Shown here: positions 1 through 13,051 of the stretch, piece by piece | How the letters are laid out: each line of letters starts with the position of its first letter | Numbering within the stretch: position 1 is the stretch's first letter | Assembly (NCBI GenBank): GCA_951406725.2 | Contig: OX597822.1 | Coordinates: forward strand, 11,904,001 to 11,968,000 | Source: Octopus vulgaris | Taxonomy: Eukaryota | DNA length: 64,000 nucleotides | Reading direction: 5' to 3' | Made by a program: the position numbers and the translations under genes | Notes under the pieces: model-generated | Database searches by the model: none | What the model saw: the letters and a program-made list of their open reading frames with translations, nothing else | Told to the model about the DNA's origin: nothing

Positions 1-120
1 GTTCTCTGGTTTTGCTGTCTCATTTGATTTGGGAATTAAGATGGTTTTCCCCTTCATGAGCCATTCAGCCTGCTTTTTGTGCATTCCTGTCAGATATTTC
101 AACCAGAAGTTGGGGATCTT
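1..120 (-). mobile_element. 5'-truncated R4/Dong-clade LINE fragment (RT N-terminal region), running off the window
   Basis: Near-identical to the reverse complement of ~45983-46143, with a small internal deletion. Its 5' junction abuts the (ATT/GTT)n tract at 121-282. Confidence 0.8.
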
Positions 121-214
121 ATTATTATTATTATTATTGTTGTTGTTGTTGTTATTGTTATCATTATTATTATTATTATTGTTGTTGTTGTTGTTGTTGT
201 TGTTGTTATTGTTA

Positions 215-264
<50 letters not shown>

Positions 265-371
265 ATTATCATTATTATTATTGACTTAAATGGAGCCTTG
301 ATCAATTTACATCTGCCTAAACCCCTCGATTTGCACACATGCACAACTATATAAATATATATATATTGACA

Positions 372-700
372 CTATTGTGGCTTTGGGCTTAGTGCCACGG
401 CTTGTTAACTTGGCTAGGTGTCCTCTACAATAGCTCCAGAGGGAACAAAGCCTTGTGAGTGGATTTGGTAGACAGAAAGTGAAAGAAGCCCGTCGTATAT
501 ATTTTAACGTATATATGCCTACCTAGACATATATTCGCGTTAATTCTCCCCGATCGCTTGAAGAGTAATGTTGCGTAACTAAGTAGTTTGCTATTTGATA
601 CGAGGATGGTAAAATGTACCGGGGTCGATTTGTGGGATTAACGCATCAAGGCTTTGCCCCATTATGGCCGCAGTACAACAACTGAAACAAGTAAACGATA
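372..700 (+). mobile_element. Degenerate tRNA-derived CORE-type SINE (family A)
   Basis: The segment aaagccttgtgagtggatttggtagacagaaagtgaaagaagcccgtcgta and the tail tggccgcagtac..actgaaacaagtaaa match other copies in the window. Confidence 0.7.
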
Positions 701-1069
701 AGTGATTGATGATATCAGTGTTTGCACCATATGAATATGTTCGTATATATATTTCCATAAACGTGACTTACATTTTTCCCTGCTCAGTGGCTGTTATTCC
801 CAAGCAATATTTCTATGTTAGAATGGTAATGACCCGAACGACTCAATAGTACTGCCTAGGTGTCGAAACCATAAGGATTTCTGAGTGACAGCAGACGTTA
901 GAATGCCTTTCGCTGTAGCGTTTATTAATGATGTGAGCAGTTTGTACCACATATTCTCTTTATTCCAATGACTTGTTTCTAATCTTTTAAATGTGCTAAT
1001 TCGTTAGATTGTGTTAATTGGGCTTTATGGTCAGTGTTAGACGTAGATATTATATTGGTTTCATTGCAA

Positions 1070-1117
<48 letters not shown>

Positions 1118-1976
1118 CTATGTATAAGTATATACATATATACACAGAGATACATACGTATATTATACACTCACGCACACACACATATATATATATATAT
1201 CAATTGGGAACAATACAGGTATACATCAGTATAAACACATCATAAACCTGATTGAACGTCGAAAAAATCTCATTAACTTCATAACCATTAGATTTTTAGC
1301 GAATTCATATAGGAATATGAGAAAACAATATATATGCATATATATATGCATGTATAAATATATGCATATATATATATATATCTACATATATACATATATG
1401 CATATGTATATACACACATATATACATACACACACACACACATGAGTGCATACTTAATATGTATGTATGCGTACGTTTCTATATGGAGAATGATAAACGT
1501 ATATGTTGCTTCGGTGTTTATATACATGTTATGTATATATATATATATTATGAAGTATATATATATACATGTATATATATATATATATATGTTTATGTCT
1601 ACCAATTAAGGGAAGGATATTTGGACGTTATAAGTTTAATGGTGGTGGATCCGTTTTATGTTCGAGAAGATGAAAGCTTTTTCGAAATTATGAGATATTG
1701 CATTAAAACTACGTTATCTCACTCCTCGTATGACGAAAAAATTTCTAAATATACTTATCGAAATTTTTTATCTAAATCTGTAATTTTCTCTTTCTTTTTT
1801 TTTTTTGTTTTATTCTTACTTATTTTACATTTTTGTTTGTCTCCTGAAACTTTGATGATTCGATATGAAGTCTGTTAGAAAGCAATAAGTTTACATATGC
1901 ATGCATATGTATACATGTATATATAAATGTTTATATATATATGTATATATATCTATATATCTATCTCTCTCTCTCA

Positions 1977-2026
<50 letters not shown>

Positions 2027-2645
2027 ATTTATATAAATGAAAATATTTGTTTGTATGTGTGCGCATGTGTGTAGGTGCGTGCGTGTGTCTGTATATGTGT
2101 CTGTGTTTATATGTATATAAATATATGCCTTATATAAATATATGTGGTTGTTTCAATCAGCGTATATTTAAATGGACGCGTATGTATATACGTATTCACG
2201 CGCGCGCGCCCGCACCCACACACACGCACATACATTCCCACACAGATACACATGCTATTTACATAGAGATACTCATATATATATTTATAACGTGGAAAGT
2301 ACGTATATGTATTCTTGTATATATATACATATATATATATATATAGACATATATATACATATATATATATGTATGTATGTATATATATCTGTATATATAT
2401 ATATATTTGCGTATATATATATATATATATATGTACCCGTGGGTGTTATGGTGTGTATTGATGTGGGAGGTTGTTTAGTAGAAAGACACGTTTACATTAT
2501 ATATACATTAAACCAATTACCCTACTGTGCCTTACGTACAAAATTGAAAATATGTTTATATATCTATGCCCTTATTTTCGCTCTTCTTCCCCATCATATA
2601 CATATGCAAACACACACACACACATACACACATACACACACACAT

Positions 2646-2703
<58 letters not shown>

Positions 2704-2838
2704 GTAAATATATGTATACTATTGTATGTTTTTAGATACGTATCTCACTCTCTCTCTCTATATATATATACATAATTATATATAACTATCTATCTAAATC
2801 TGTCTCTGTATATGTGAATATATGTATATATATATGTA

Positions 2839-2888
<50 letters not shown>

Positions 2889-3467
2889 CATATACATACA
2901 TATATAATTATATCTGCCCACACACAAAAGTACGTGTATACTCGTATACATACATGTGTGTTCCTGTAGTTGTAGGGACCTATGAGCCCACGTGTATATC
3001 TGTACATATGTATATAGTGACGTTCTGGGTGGCGAATACTTCCATAAAAATTCTTGTACCACACGTATAAGTTAGAAGATTTGTGTACATAGCAACCTTG
3101 TTGCTATGTCTTCATATTCATATCTCCGGGCTTGCATACACACATTGTGACGTACATACATGTATGCCTATATATGATTATACCTGTGTGTGTGTGAATG
3201 ATATGTAGTTTTCATATACCATACTCGCACACAGGCAAATCTATACCCACATCACATATACCTATGAGTGTATATATTTATTCACAGGTATGCATTTACC
3301 TGGATTTGTCATCCCTGTTTAGGTTAACATTAAGCGTAAGATTAATGGCAGAAATCGCAGCATCCGCGCCATTACATCTAGAATATTACCTCCGTGCAAT
3401 ATGAATGCGACTGGTGGAACCGAAAGGAGAAACTTGATTTGCGATAAACAAACACACATATACCTAT

Positions 3468-3863
3468 ATGGAGCAGCTGTGTGGTTAGGCGCAGGAGTGG
3501 CTATGTTGTAAGTAGCTTGCTTACCAACCACATTGTTCCGGACTCAGTCCAACTGCGTGGCACCTTGGGCAAAGTCTTCTACTATAGCCTCGGGCCGACC
3601 CAAAGCCTTGTGAGTGGAAACTGAAAGAAGCTTGTCGTATATATGTATATATGTATGTGTTTGTATACGTTTTTGTGTCTTGTGTTTGTCCCCTAACATC
3701 GCTTGACAACCGACGATGGTGTGTTTATGTCCCCGTAACTTAGCGGTTCGGCAAAAGAAAATTACAGAATAAGTACTAGACTTACAAAGAATAAGTCCTG
3801 GTGTCGATTTGCTCGACTAAAGGCAGTGCTCCTGCATGGCCGCTATCTCAAATGACTGAAAGA

Positions 3864-3867
<4 letters not shown>
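3468..3867 (+). mobile_element. tRNA-derived CORE-type SINE (family A; resembles octopus OR-type SINEs)
   Basis: A-box-like tggctatgttgtaag, degenerate B-box, CORE-like ccttgggcaa, internal (TA/TG)n, and the tail ggcagtgctcctgcatggccgc..tgactgaaa. Confidence 0.8.
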
Positions 3868-3936
<69 letters not shown>

Positions 3937-4935
3937 TGAATGAATTATCCTATTTTTATCGTCAGCATGGAAAATTCGTGGAACCAATACCAGGGTAGCA
4001 AATTCATGTCAGAAACACGGTTGAAGCGACCTGTCCAAGGGTGGTAACTCCGTTTTCATGTGCAGAAATTTGTGTTATATATGAATAAATGAAAGAATGG
4101 ATAGTGTTAACAATGATAATATTAATAATAATATCAGTCGTGTTAATAACAATAGTAATGTTGATGGTAATAACAATAACGGTATTATTGATGGTGGTGT
4201 TACTGGTTGTATTGCCATTAATAATACTAATAATAATGGAAATAGTGTAGTTGTTGGCGCTAATAATAAAAGAAACAATAATAATAGCAATAAAAACTCC
4301 GTTTCGATTTCGGAGGACAACCCCAACAGAATTACAAATTTAGGATGTTACCAATAGGACCACAACTTCAATTTTAGGACAACTTTATTATCTAGAGTAC
4401 ACATAGAAGGTTATATCCATAAAGAGGCCAGGGACCAGAAGAAAGAAGACATGCACCTGACACACCAGAGCTGAAGACACCTGCGAAAGGGGGCGCGCCA
4501 CGTCAAGACGGTAGAAGAGTAAGGGCTGAAACCAGACGTGGCTCCTCCTGATGATGTCTTGAGCTAACTGGATCCTATAAAGGAGCGATTGTGGTAGCAG
4601 ACCACGAAACACGGTTGAAATTCCTCAGATATAATCATTTTAAATCCTACTATGTCGTACAATAAAATAAAGAACATTAGAAGTAATTAAACATTATTTA
4701 AACATTTTAATATATATATATACATATGTATATACCTTACCTGTTATTAGTCTGTGAGGAAAGAAGATAATATTAATCAACGCTACATGTGTTTCTTCGC
4801 TGGTGGGATGTTTTACCAGGCTATACCTAATGCAAACATCCACCAGTGCGTCCTTAGGCTATTTTTCTTTATATTATTATTATTAATGGATGCTACTTAA
4901 TCCTACAAATTCTAAGTTATCTTCTTTAAAAATAA

Positions 4936-4990
<55 letters not shown>

Positions 4991-5649
4991 TTCCTAATAT
5001 ATTTTTATATGATTTTTAAAAAATTGTAACAATTGCAAAATTATAAAATTTTTAAAATTCATAGAAATAGCATAAAATTTAACTCCTAAAAATATAATAC
5101 CGATATATATATATGTATATATATATGTAGAAAGAGCTAAACATAAAACAATTCTCATCGGTTATTTTATAACCGCATCAAATTAAATCGCCTATCTATA
5201 AAATCTTTACAAGAATTTATAATTTATTGTGGAATTTACCCCTGTCAATACTTGTATATATAACCATAATTATGCCAAACGTATGCAAATAATATTTTAA
5301 AAATCAAAAAAAAATTTATCTCTATACGTGTTGTAAATTTATTGAATAAAACTAGTAAATGAAACTATTTACTAAAATTTATCAAGGAAGAATACTTATC
5401 TGCATGTTCATTCCTTTAACCTGTGGAAATGGCTAACCCTTCTCTCCTGCGCTAAGTATCATGAGAATAAAAAACACAACTCTAAAAAAACTTCTTTAAG
5501 GCTAATATCATTTGAGACGTTGAATTGAAGGGGAGATAATAATACGATACTCTTTAGGTTAAATTGGATTTTATCTAGGGATAAAGATTTATAGATTTAT
5601 TTAATTGCCCTTGCAATCCTTTTTAAGGTAATATTCTTCACATTTATTT

Positions 5650-5701
<52 letters not shown>

Positions 5702-5991
5702 TACACATACATATATATACATACTCCATTCTTATTCATGAAAGCTGCCAGAGAAGAACTCGTTCTCTGGTTTCCTTTTATTAGTTAGGAAGTATAGATA
5801 TAACCACAGCATGGAACTTCGTTAATAAATTATTTAGCACGTGTTTTATTAATGATAATACCATCCACTATATACGGAAAATCTCATAAGAAGATTACAC
5901 TATCTTATCATCAGAAATTCCGTAACCCTCTTAATTAACCTTTAAGATTTTTAATCGCCTTTGGATAGTGTTATAGTGTCAATGACCATAA

Positions 5992-6873
5992 CTCATCAAC
6001 AAGTATCCGGACTGTTGACATAGTAACGATGTTAAAGCTCGCAGAGTAATGCCGCTTGGCATAGATTGATCATTATCTCTGTTGTGAAAGCTCACTAAGT
6101 TTTAACGTTCTAGTTTACTTCCTCTGCTTACTGCGGTGCTTGGAAGGAACGTGTGCTGAGGGTGATCGTCGCATTTACCACAACAGAAAGTTATCATGGC
6201 AATAACACAGAGGCGGACACAAATTTGCAGAAAGTGTATGGCGAGGATTATATGAGCTTCACGCAAGTGTACGAGTGGTTCAGACGTTTCAAAGATGGCA
6301 GAAAAAAATGTCGTTATTCACGAACATTCTCAGAGAGCTGCAACCAGCAGAACGAAGAAAAACATTTCAGATGTTCGTGCAGCTGTAAAGAGAAATCGTC
6401 TAATCACCATCCGTAATTTATCAGAGGATGTGCAGATTAGTCACGGTTCAATTCAGTCAATTATCTCTGAAGATTTGAGTAGGAGTCGCGTATCTGCCAA
6501 GTTTGTGCCAAAACTGTTTTCAGCTGACTAAAGAGACACTCGGGTTTCAGTTGCACAAGATTTTGATTGTGTCGAGAACGATGAACATTTTTTGAAAATT
6601 TGCGTAGGCTTCCGAGCAAGTATCGCCAAGCTTTCGGCAAAATTTGATGCATTCTCTTTTCAACTTTCGTTGTGAATTTTAACGCGACGATCACACGCCA
6701 CACACGTTTCTTCCAAGCACTGCTGTAAACAGCGGAAGTAAACTAGAACGGTGCACATCAGTGCGCATGCACAGCAGAGTTTGAGGTCAACCTGTGTCAA
6801 GCGACTTCACTCTGCGTGCTTTAGCTTTCATTTCTATGGCAACTGTCGGTATACTTATTGATGAGACCACTTA
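5992..6873 (+). mobile_element. Non-autonomous mariner derivative with long inverted arms and a transposase N-terminal (HTH) remnant
   Basis: Peptides LQKVYGEDYMSFTQVYEWFRRFKDGR and RVSAKFVPKLFS (a WVPHEL-like motif). Inverted arms ctcatcaacaagtatc../..atacttattgatgag and cgttctagtttacttcc/ggaagtaaactagaacg. Confidence 0.85.
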
Positions 6874-6889
6874 TGCGAAAGCGTGTGTC

Positions 6890-7400
6890 TGTTGTAAGAT
6901 GTTTGCTTCCCAACCATATGGTTCCTGGTTCAGTACAGCTTCAGCCCGATCAAAGCTTTGTGAGTGGATTTGGAGAGGAAAACTGAAAGAAGCCTGTCGT
7001 TGGCTATTTCTTTTCCTTTTTGGATTTCCCCTCCCTCCTTTCTGACGAAGATCTGTTCACGAAACGTCAAACTTTCTCCTTTCACCCTGCGTCAAGCTAA
7101 TATAATTTTTGTGCACGTCCTCAGGTTCGTTTTTATTCTTCTTTTTATTCGTTTATTTGAATCTTTTACTTGAAAAATACATGTGTGTGTATGTGTGTGT
7201 GAATGTGTGTGTACGCGTGTGTGTTTTGTCCGTCAGCACCGTTGAACAACCGGTGTTGGTGAGGCTATGTCCCCGTACATTAGGGTTTCAGCGGATGTGC
7301 CCAAGAGAATAAGCACTAGTCAATTCGCTCGACTAAAATACTTCAAGGCGAAGCCCCAGCATGGCATCAACCTTATAACTGAAGCAAGTGAAAGCGTAAA
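6890..7400 (+). mobile_element. Family A SINE interrupted by a Penelope-like pLTR fragment (~7000-7170)
   Basis: SINE head and tail flank a segment containing CTGACGA..GAAACGTC. That segment is related to the reverse complement of 63680-63800. Confidence 0.6.
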
Positions 7401-7764
7401 ATGAATAACTACTGTGATTCACTCGGTCAATCGATTTCCTTAAATTCCCAATGATGGGGGAAGTGAATTTTGTTCATCCTGCAAGAGAATTGTGTAAGTA
7501 ACTATGCCTAAATTTTGTGTATGACAATGGATAAGCGTTAATGAATTCGTATATATTGTCAGTTGACGTAATTACATTGTGTTTGAAGATAACCTTATGT
7601 ACGAGGCATTTACCTTCAGGGAGACACTGAATGTCTGCTCTTGTATTACAGAGGGGGTGAATTACATGCAGAGATTCCTCGACGCATTACTAAACCTGCA
7701 TTTTCCTTCTGCTACTTAGTTTAATTTGTCCTCACATTGTATGGTTTTAGTACTAAGTACTATT

Positions 7765-8340
7765 ATTTTATTCTTTTATTCTTTTATTTGTTTCAGTCAT
7801 TTGACTGCGGTCATACTGGAGCACCGCTTTTAGTCGAACAAGTCAACCTCAGGACTTATTCTTTGTAAGCCTAGTACTTATTCTATCGGTCTCTTTTGCA
7901 GAACCGCTAAGTTACGGGGACGTAAACAAAACACCATCGGTTATCAAGCGATGTTGGGGGGACAAACACAGACACACAAGCATATACACACACATACATA
8001 TATATATACATATATACGACGGGCTTCTTTCATTTCCGTCTACCATATCCACTCACAAAGCTTTGGTCGGCCCTAGGCTATAGTAGAAAACACTTGCCCA
8101 AGGTGCTACGCAGTGGGACTGAACCTGGAACCATGTGATTGGTAAGCAATCTACTTACCACACAGCCACTCCTACGCCTCCGGCGGGCTTCTTTCAATTT
8201 CCGTCTACCAAATCCAGTCACAAGGTTCTGGTCGGCCCGTGGCTATAGCAGAAGACACATGCCCAAGATTCCACGCAGTGGGACTGAACCCGGAACAATA
8301 TGGCTGGTAAGAAAGCTACTTGCTACACAACCACTCGTGT
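7765..8340 (-). mobile_element. Family A SINE with a duplicated 5' head
   Basis: A full copy at ~7765-8180 and a second head at ~8182-8338. The tail (ttttattc)n is at 7765-7790. Confidence 0.85.
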
Positions 8341-8544
8341 AATTCTAGTGTGAATGCTTATGTTAGTATTTTCGTGATTGCTTCTATTATTATGTGTCTG
8401 GTTGTTGAAAATATGAAATATGTCTCCTTTCAGAGTTTCTGTGATGTCTATTCATTTACTAACATAAACTTATGCAATGCAGCTTGACTTGCAGAGAATA
8501 TACGGATTTAAAGCACAGTTGGTCCTGATTTTAAACTATGGCCT

Positions 8545-8770
8545 GGCTTTCCGTCGGTTACGACGAGGTGTGTTCCAGTTGATCCGATCATTAACGCTTA
8601 TCCATTGTCATAAGCACAGTTTAGGCATAGTTACTTACACAATTCTCTTATAGGATAAACAAGGGAACAACCTGCTCATGAAATTAAAGTGCAAGTAGTC
8701 GAGCACTCCACAGACACACGTACTCTGAAAGTAGTACTCAGGAAGATTTAGCATGACACACCGAATATGA
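8545..8770 (-). mobile_element. 3' fragment of SINE family C
   Basis: The reverse complement matches 36975-37120 (ccgtcggttacgacga..ccagttgatccgatca; aacagcctgctcatgaaattaa). Confidence 0.65.
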
Positions 8771-8958
8771 CGAGATTGCTCCATTATTAATATCATCCAC
8801 ATTGTGGTTCATTAAGTCATTGTTACATTTAAATCCTTTCCACAGAGTGTTATCAGCATATAATGCGTAAAATATTCCTATCTACACATTTGCACGTCCG
8901 TATAGAAAAAACCCCCCAGCTTTATGTCATTATTGCTATAAATATGGATTTTAACGCA

Positions 8959-9740
8959 AAGGCAGCGAGCTGGCAGAAACGTTAGCATGCAGGGCGAAAT
9001 GCTTAACGGTATTTCGTCTGCCGCTAGGTTCTGAGTTCAAATTCCGTCGAGGTCAACTTTGCCTTTCATCCTTTCGACGTCGATCAAATAAGTACCAGTT
9101 ACGAACTGGGTCGATGTTATCTATTTCATCCGTTTGTCTGTCCTTGTTTGTCCTCTCTGTGTTTAGCTCCTCGTGGGAAGTAAATAAATAGGTATTTCGT
9201 CTGCCTTTGCGGTCTGAGTTCAAATTCCGCCGAGGTTGACTTTGCCTTTCATCCTTTCGGGGTCGATAAATTAAGCACCAGTTGCGTACTAAGGTCGATC
9301 TAATCGACGGGCCTCCTTCCCAAACATTTCGAGCCTAGTGCCTGGAGTAGAAAAGAATATCATGCCTGCAAATTTAGAGAAAGTACCAGCAAGTTCGGAG
9401 GAGGAAGAAATCGATTACATCAACCTCAGTGCTCAACTGAAACTTAATATATCGACAGGATGAAAGGCGAAGTCGGCCCCGGCGGAATTTGAACTCTGAG
9501 CGTAAAGACGGACCAAGTGCAGCAAACCATTTTGCCTAACGTGCTAACCATTCCGCCAGCTAATTGCTCTAAAATACCACATTAAGTTATTACAGTTTAA
9601 GGCGGCCATCAGGCGGAATCGCCAGCACGCTGGGCAAAATGCTTAATTAAACTGTTACGTTCTGAGTTCAAATTCGATGCAATCGACTTAATCCCTCTCG
9701 TGAAGTTGCTGCCCTTTTTGCCAAAATTTGAAGATAATAT
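8959..9740. mobile_element. Cluster of three tRNA-derived SINEs (family B, Meta/MESC-like central domain) in +/-/+ orientation
   Basis: ggcagcgagctggcagaaacgttagc..gagttcaaattcc (B-box)..gcctttcatcctttcggggtcgataaattaagcaccag. Copies at ~8959-9357(+), ~9375-9570(-) and ~9598-9740(+). Confidence 0.8.
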
Positions 9741-9839
9741 CATATGGTATATATTTGAGTGTGTTCAGTGATTTGTGTATTTACACCAGGATCTATATAA
9801 ATGTGTGTGTGTGTGTGTGTATACATATACGCTTATGTA

Positions 9840-10620
9840 TACGAGGCTGTACCAAAAACAAACCGGAATTTTGCAATATTATTTTATTCAATTAGTTTTC
9901 GGTATTTACGCTTTTATCGCCTTCAAAGTATTCTCCAATTGAAGCAATGCATTGGCCCAGGCGCGTTTTCTACTATTCGAAAGAGTGCTGGAATTCTTGC
10001 GAAGTGATTCCTTTTAACACCTCCGTTGTCTTTTTTCTTTCACCTCTTCCACATCTGCAAATTCTGTTGTTTAAATTCTGTAGTACCGTATTGCTGTAGC
10101 ACCACATTTCATCACCAGTGATTACTTTCGAAAAAAAAGATCGGATTTACTTCTAACTGTTCTTCCAGTTTACGACATACATTCAGTCGTGTCTGTTTTT
10201 GAACTTCCGTTAGCAAGCGAAGCACACATTTTGCTGCAACTCTTTTCATTTCTTGCTTGAAATTCATTGGTGGGAGCTCAAGAACACACCAGTCATACCA
10301 GCAAGTTTGTCAATTGTTCGGTGTGGCGCCCATCCAAGATCAGTTTATGAATTTTCATCATGTTAATATCCGTTCAGGAGGTCACCGGTCGTCCTGAACG
10401 TGGTTGGCTTTCAAGCGTCAAGTGACCATTCCTAAAGCGTGGAAACCACTTTTAAAGTTATATTTTGCTCATGGCAGCGTCCTTGTAAGCTTGTCTCGGC
10501 GTTCCTTCGTTTCAGCAAACGCAAAATTCGACGCACCACATGAAAGTATAACTACACCCAAGGATGCAATTCGGCAGACTGAAGCCTTACAGTCGCATCA
10601 AGTGGCTCCTAGCGGCAGAA
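9840..10620 (-). mobile_element. Degenerate mariner transposon with an internal deletion of most of the catalytic domain
   Basis: Minus-strand translation gives KWFPRFRNGH..QPRSGRPVTS, SKVITGDEMWCY and C-terminal GEYFEGDK. TIR-like tacgaggctgtaccaaaa at 9840. Confidence 0.8.
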
Positions 10621-11203
10621 ACAAGAACTACAACGGGGTTGTCCCACAGAGAACCCAGTTGTAGGCATATGTACGTATGCGGGCATATGTACGTATAACT
10701 GTCTGTGTATGTATACACTGACTATATTGTCCGCGAAGACGAATAATAAATATCAGCTTGTAAGTATAAGCAAATATTCAGCTGTAGACATACCCCGCTA
10801 CGATCTTTGACGTTTGACAGAAACAAATACTCATCTCTCTCCATTTTTATAGCCACAATAGAGATATATATATACTTCGTTATCTACTCGATCAGCAACA
10901 CTCTCTTCCTTCCCTTTCAGTATTTAAGATCATATATGGACACAGTATATATGGTCGTTGCTACGGCAACACTGTCCGGTGTCGATTATAAATCTTGGCG
11001 GTTATTTACAAGTGTTATGCAATATCTGATCATTTGATAATGTAATCTTCATAGAAAGTTTTCGATAAATAAGGGACATTATGATTATGTGTGTAAGTGA
11101 CGTGACTAAATAATTCATGAACAAACTTTCATGTTCTATTACATATATATATATATATATATATAAACATATATTTATTTATATATATATATATTTATAT
11201 ATT

Positions 11204-11277
<74 letters not shown>

Positions 11278-11443
11278 TTTATATAAATATTATTTTTCAG
11301 GGAATAAAAATTCCGGCATAACAGAGGTTCAAATTACTCTCAATGAAGAAATATATATTAATTTAGAGATAGTAGGCCCCTACATCCTTCCATATGAAAA
11401 AGAATTTTTATTTTTATTTTAAATACCTACTGTTTTATTGCTT

Positions 11444-11538
11444 GGCAACACGTGTTTCATGAGGTACATGCTCGGGTTCCTAAACCGCTCTGTGTTTTCC
11501 TGGAACCCTTCTTGAAATGTAACCCCAATCATCAGGCC
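11444..11538 (-). ncRNA. Type I hammerhead ribozyme with extended stem II and palindromic stem III
   Basis: Minus strand: GGC-CUGAUGA-[uuggggUuacau..gggUUCC..GGAACCC..auguaccucau]-GAAA-CACGUG-UU/GCC. Confidence 0.75.
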
Positions 11539-11633
11539 CTCATATCACTTTATCAACGTTCAATGCAATAAACTATATTTTAATTTTTTAAAGCCCTTAA
11601 GTATGTTTAAATTAGGTATATTATATATATATT

Positions 11634-11681
<48 letters not shown>

Positions 11682-11704
11682 AGTAAAAGAGTAAGAGTAA
11701 AGAG

Positions 11705-11767
<63 letters not shown>

Positions 11768-11790
11768 AGTAAAAGAATAAGAGTAAAGAG

Positions 11791-11857
<67 letters not shown>

Positions 11858-12664
11858 AATCATGTGTCGATAACCTGCTGAAAAAGATGTTTTCCTTTGG
11901 TTAAAACGTCGTAACGTAGACCTACGCTGGACTGCCACTTTATGTTGGCAAATAAACTTTACAGTACTATAACTACATACATCTCATTCGGAGATTTAAA
12001 ACTAGTTGTTTATACTCGTTACGAGACCAGCGGCTTTCTTTTGCTTCTATATTTATATACTGTAAGGTCGAGTGGCTGCTATTTCTAGCCAACAGTTTTT
12101 CAGATCCGACGACGGGGAATTACCCAGAAGCCATTGGTCAACTGGTACTGCTAACAGCTAGAAGCGAGTAGCAAGATCTCTTGCGCAAAGTATAACTCGG
12201 ACATTGCTCGTGTTGTTGAAAACCGGAGAATCACATATCGTCAGCCACTAAGCGACATTTCAGGCTTTGTGCCGTTGCTAGACAGAATTATTAGTGTGTT
12301 TATTGTAAGGTGGTTGAAAGTGGTGAAAACGGCAAGAGTGGATGGTACCTCTCTAAGCGTAGACATGTGAGTTGGGGAGAAGGAATGGGAGAGGGCACTT
12401 GCTCCTGGGGTTTCAAGGAAATCTAGGACAGTAGGGTTCATCGATTATCCGTAGAGGCCTTTCTGTATCAGGAGGCCCTCATTTCTATCACTCGCCTCAC
12501 CCTTTGCATGTGTCCCTTCTTTTTCAGTGTATACCGTGTACACTTACCCTATTTGTTATCATTTCATTATATGTAATCCCCACACACAGTGCCTGTTTTT
12601 GTATTCCTCCCTCATCCTTCGTCCTTGTGTCAAAGAAATGGAATCATTATTATTATTATTATTA

Positions 12665-12701
<37 letters not shown>

Positions 12702-12740
12702 CATTCATCATAGTTTTATTTTTTATATTATTATTATTAT

Positions 12741-12981
12741 TACTCCATTACCGAGCGCAGCTCTGTGTGCCTTGGGTATGTGCTCTGATTTGTTGTGATG
12801 CTCTGATGGTTATTGTATGACAAAGTGTTCTGAAGTAGGATGTGTGCAGTGCCTAGTAGTGCAATTTTCTGTATGTTATATGTGTTTGTAAGTCCTAGTG
12901 TTTTTGTTATGTATTTGTCTGAATATTTTTTTATCATGCCTAATGAGCACTATCACCTAGCCCCTTTCGCTATATTCCAGG

Positions 12982-12982
<1 letters not shown>
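12741..12982 (-). mobile_element. Short 3' end of an R4/Dong LINE, flanked by (TAA)n on both sides
   Basis: C-terminal peptide LGMIKKYSDKYITKTLG..IQKIALLGTAHIL. The 3'UTR cacatacccaaggcacacagagctgcgctcggta is identical to 47866-47899. Confidence 0.85.

Positions 12983-13050
<68 letters not shown>

Positions 13051-13051
<1 letters not shown>

Noticed and set aside
4097-4357. Asn-rich 86-aa ORF
   Set aside because: It is degenerate AAT/GGT triplet low-complexity sequence with no recognisable domain or supported splice structure.
4542-5925. Additional hammerheads at ~4548(+), ~4780-4855(-) and ~5875-5925(-)
   Set aside because: Each lacks a stem or a core segment, so they are counted only as decayed relics.
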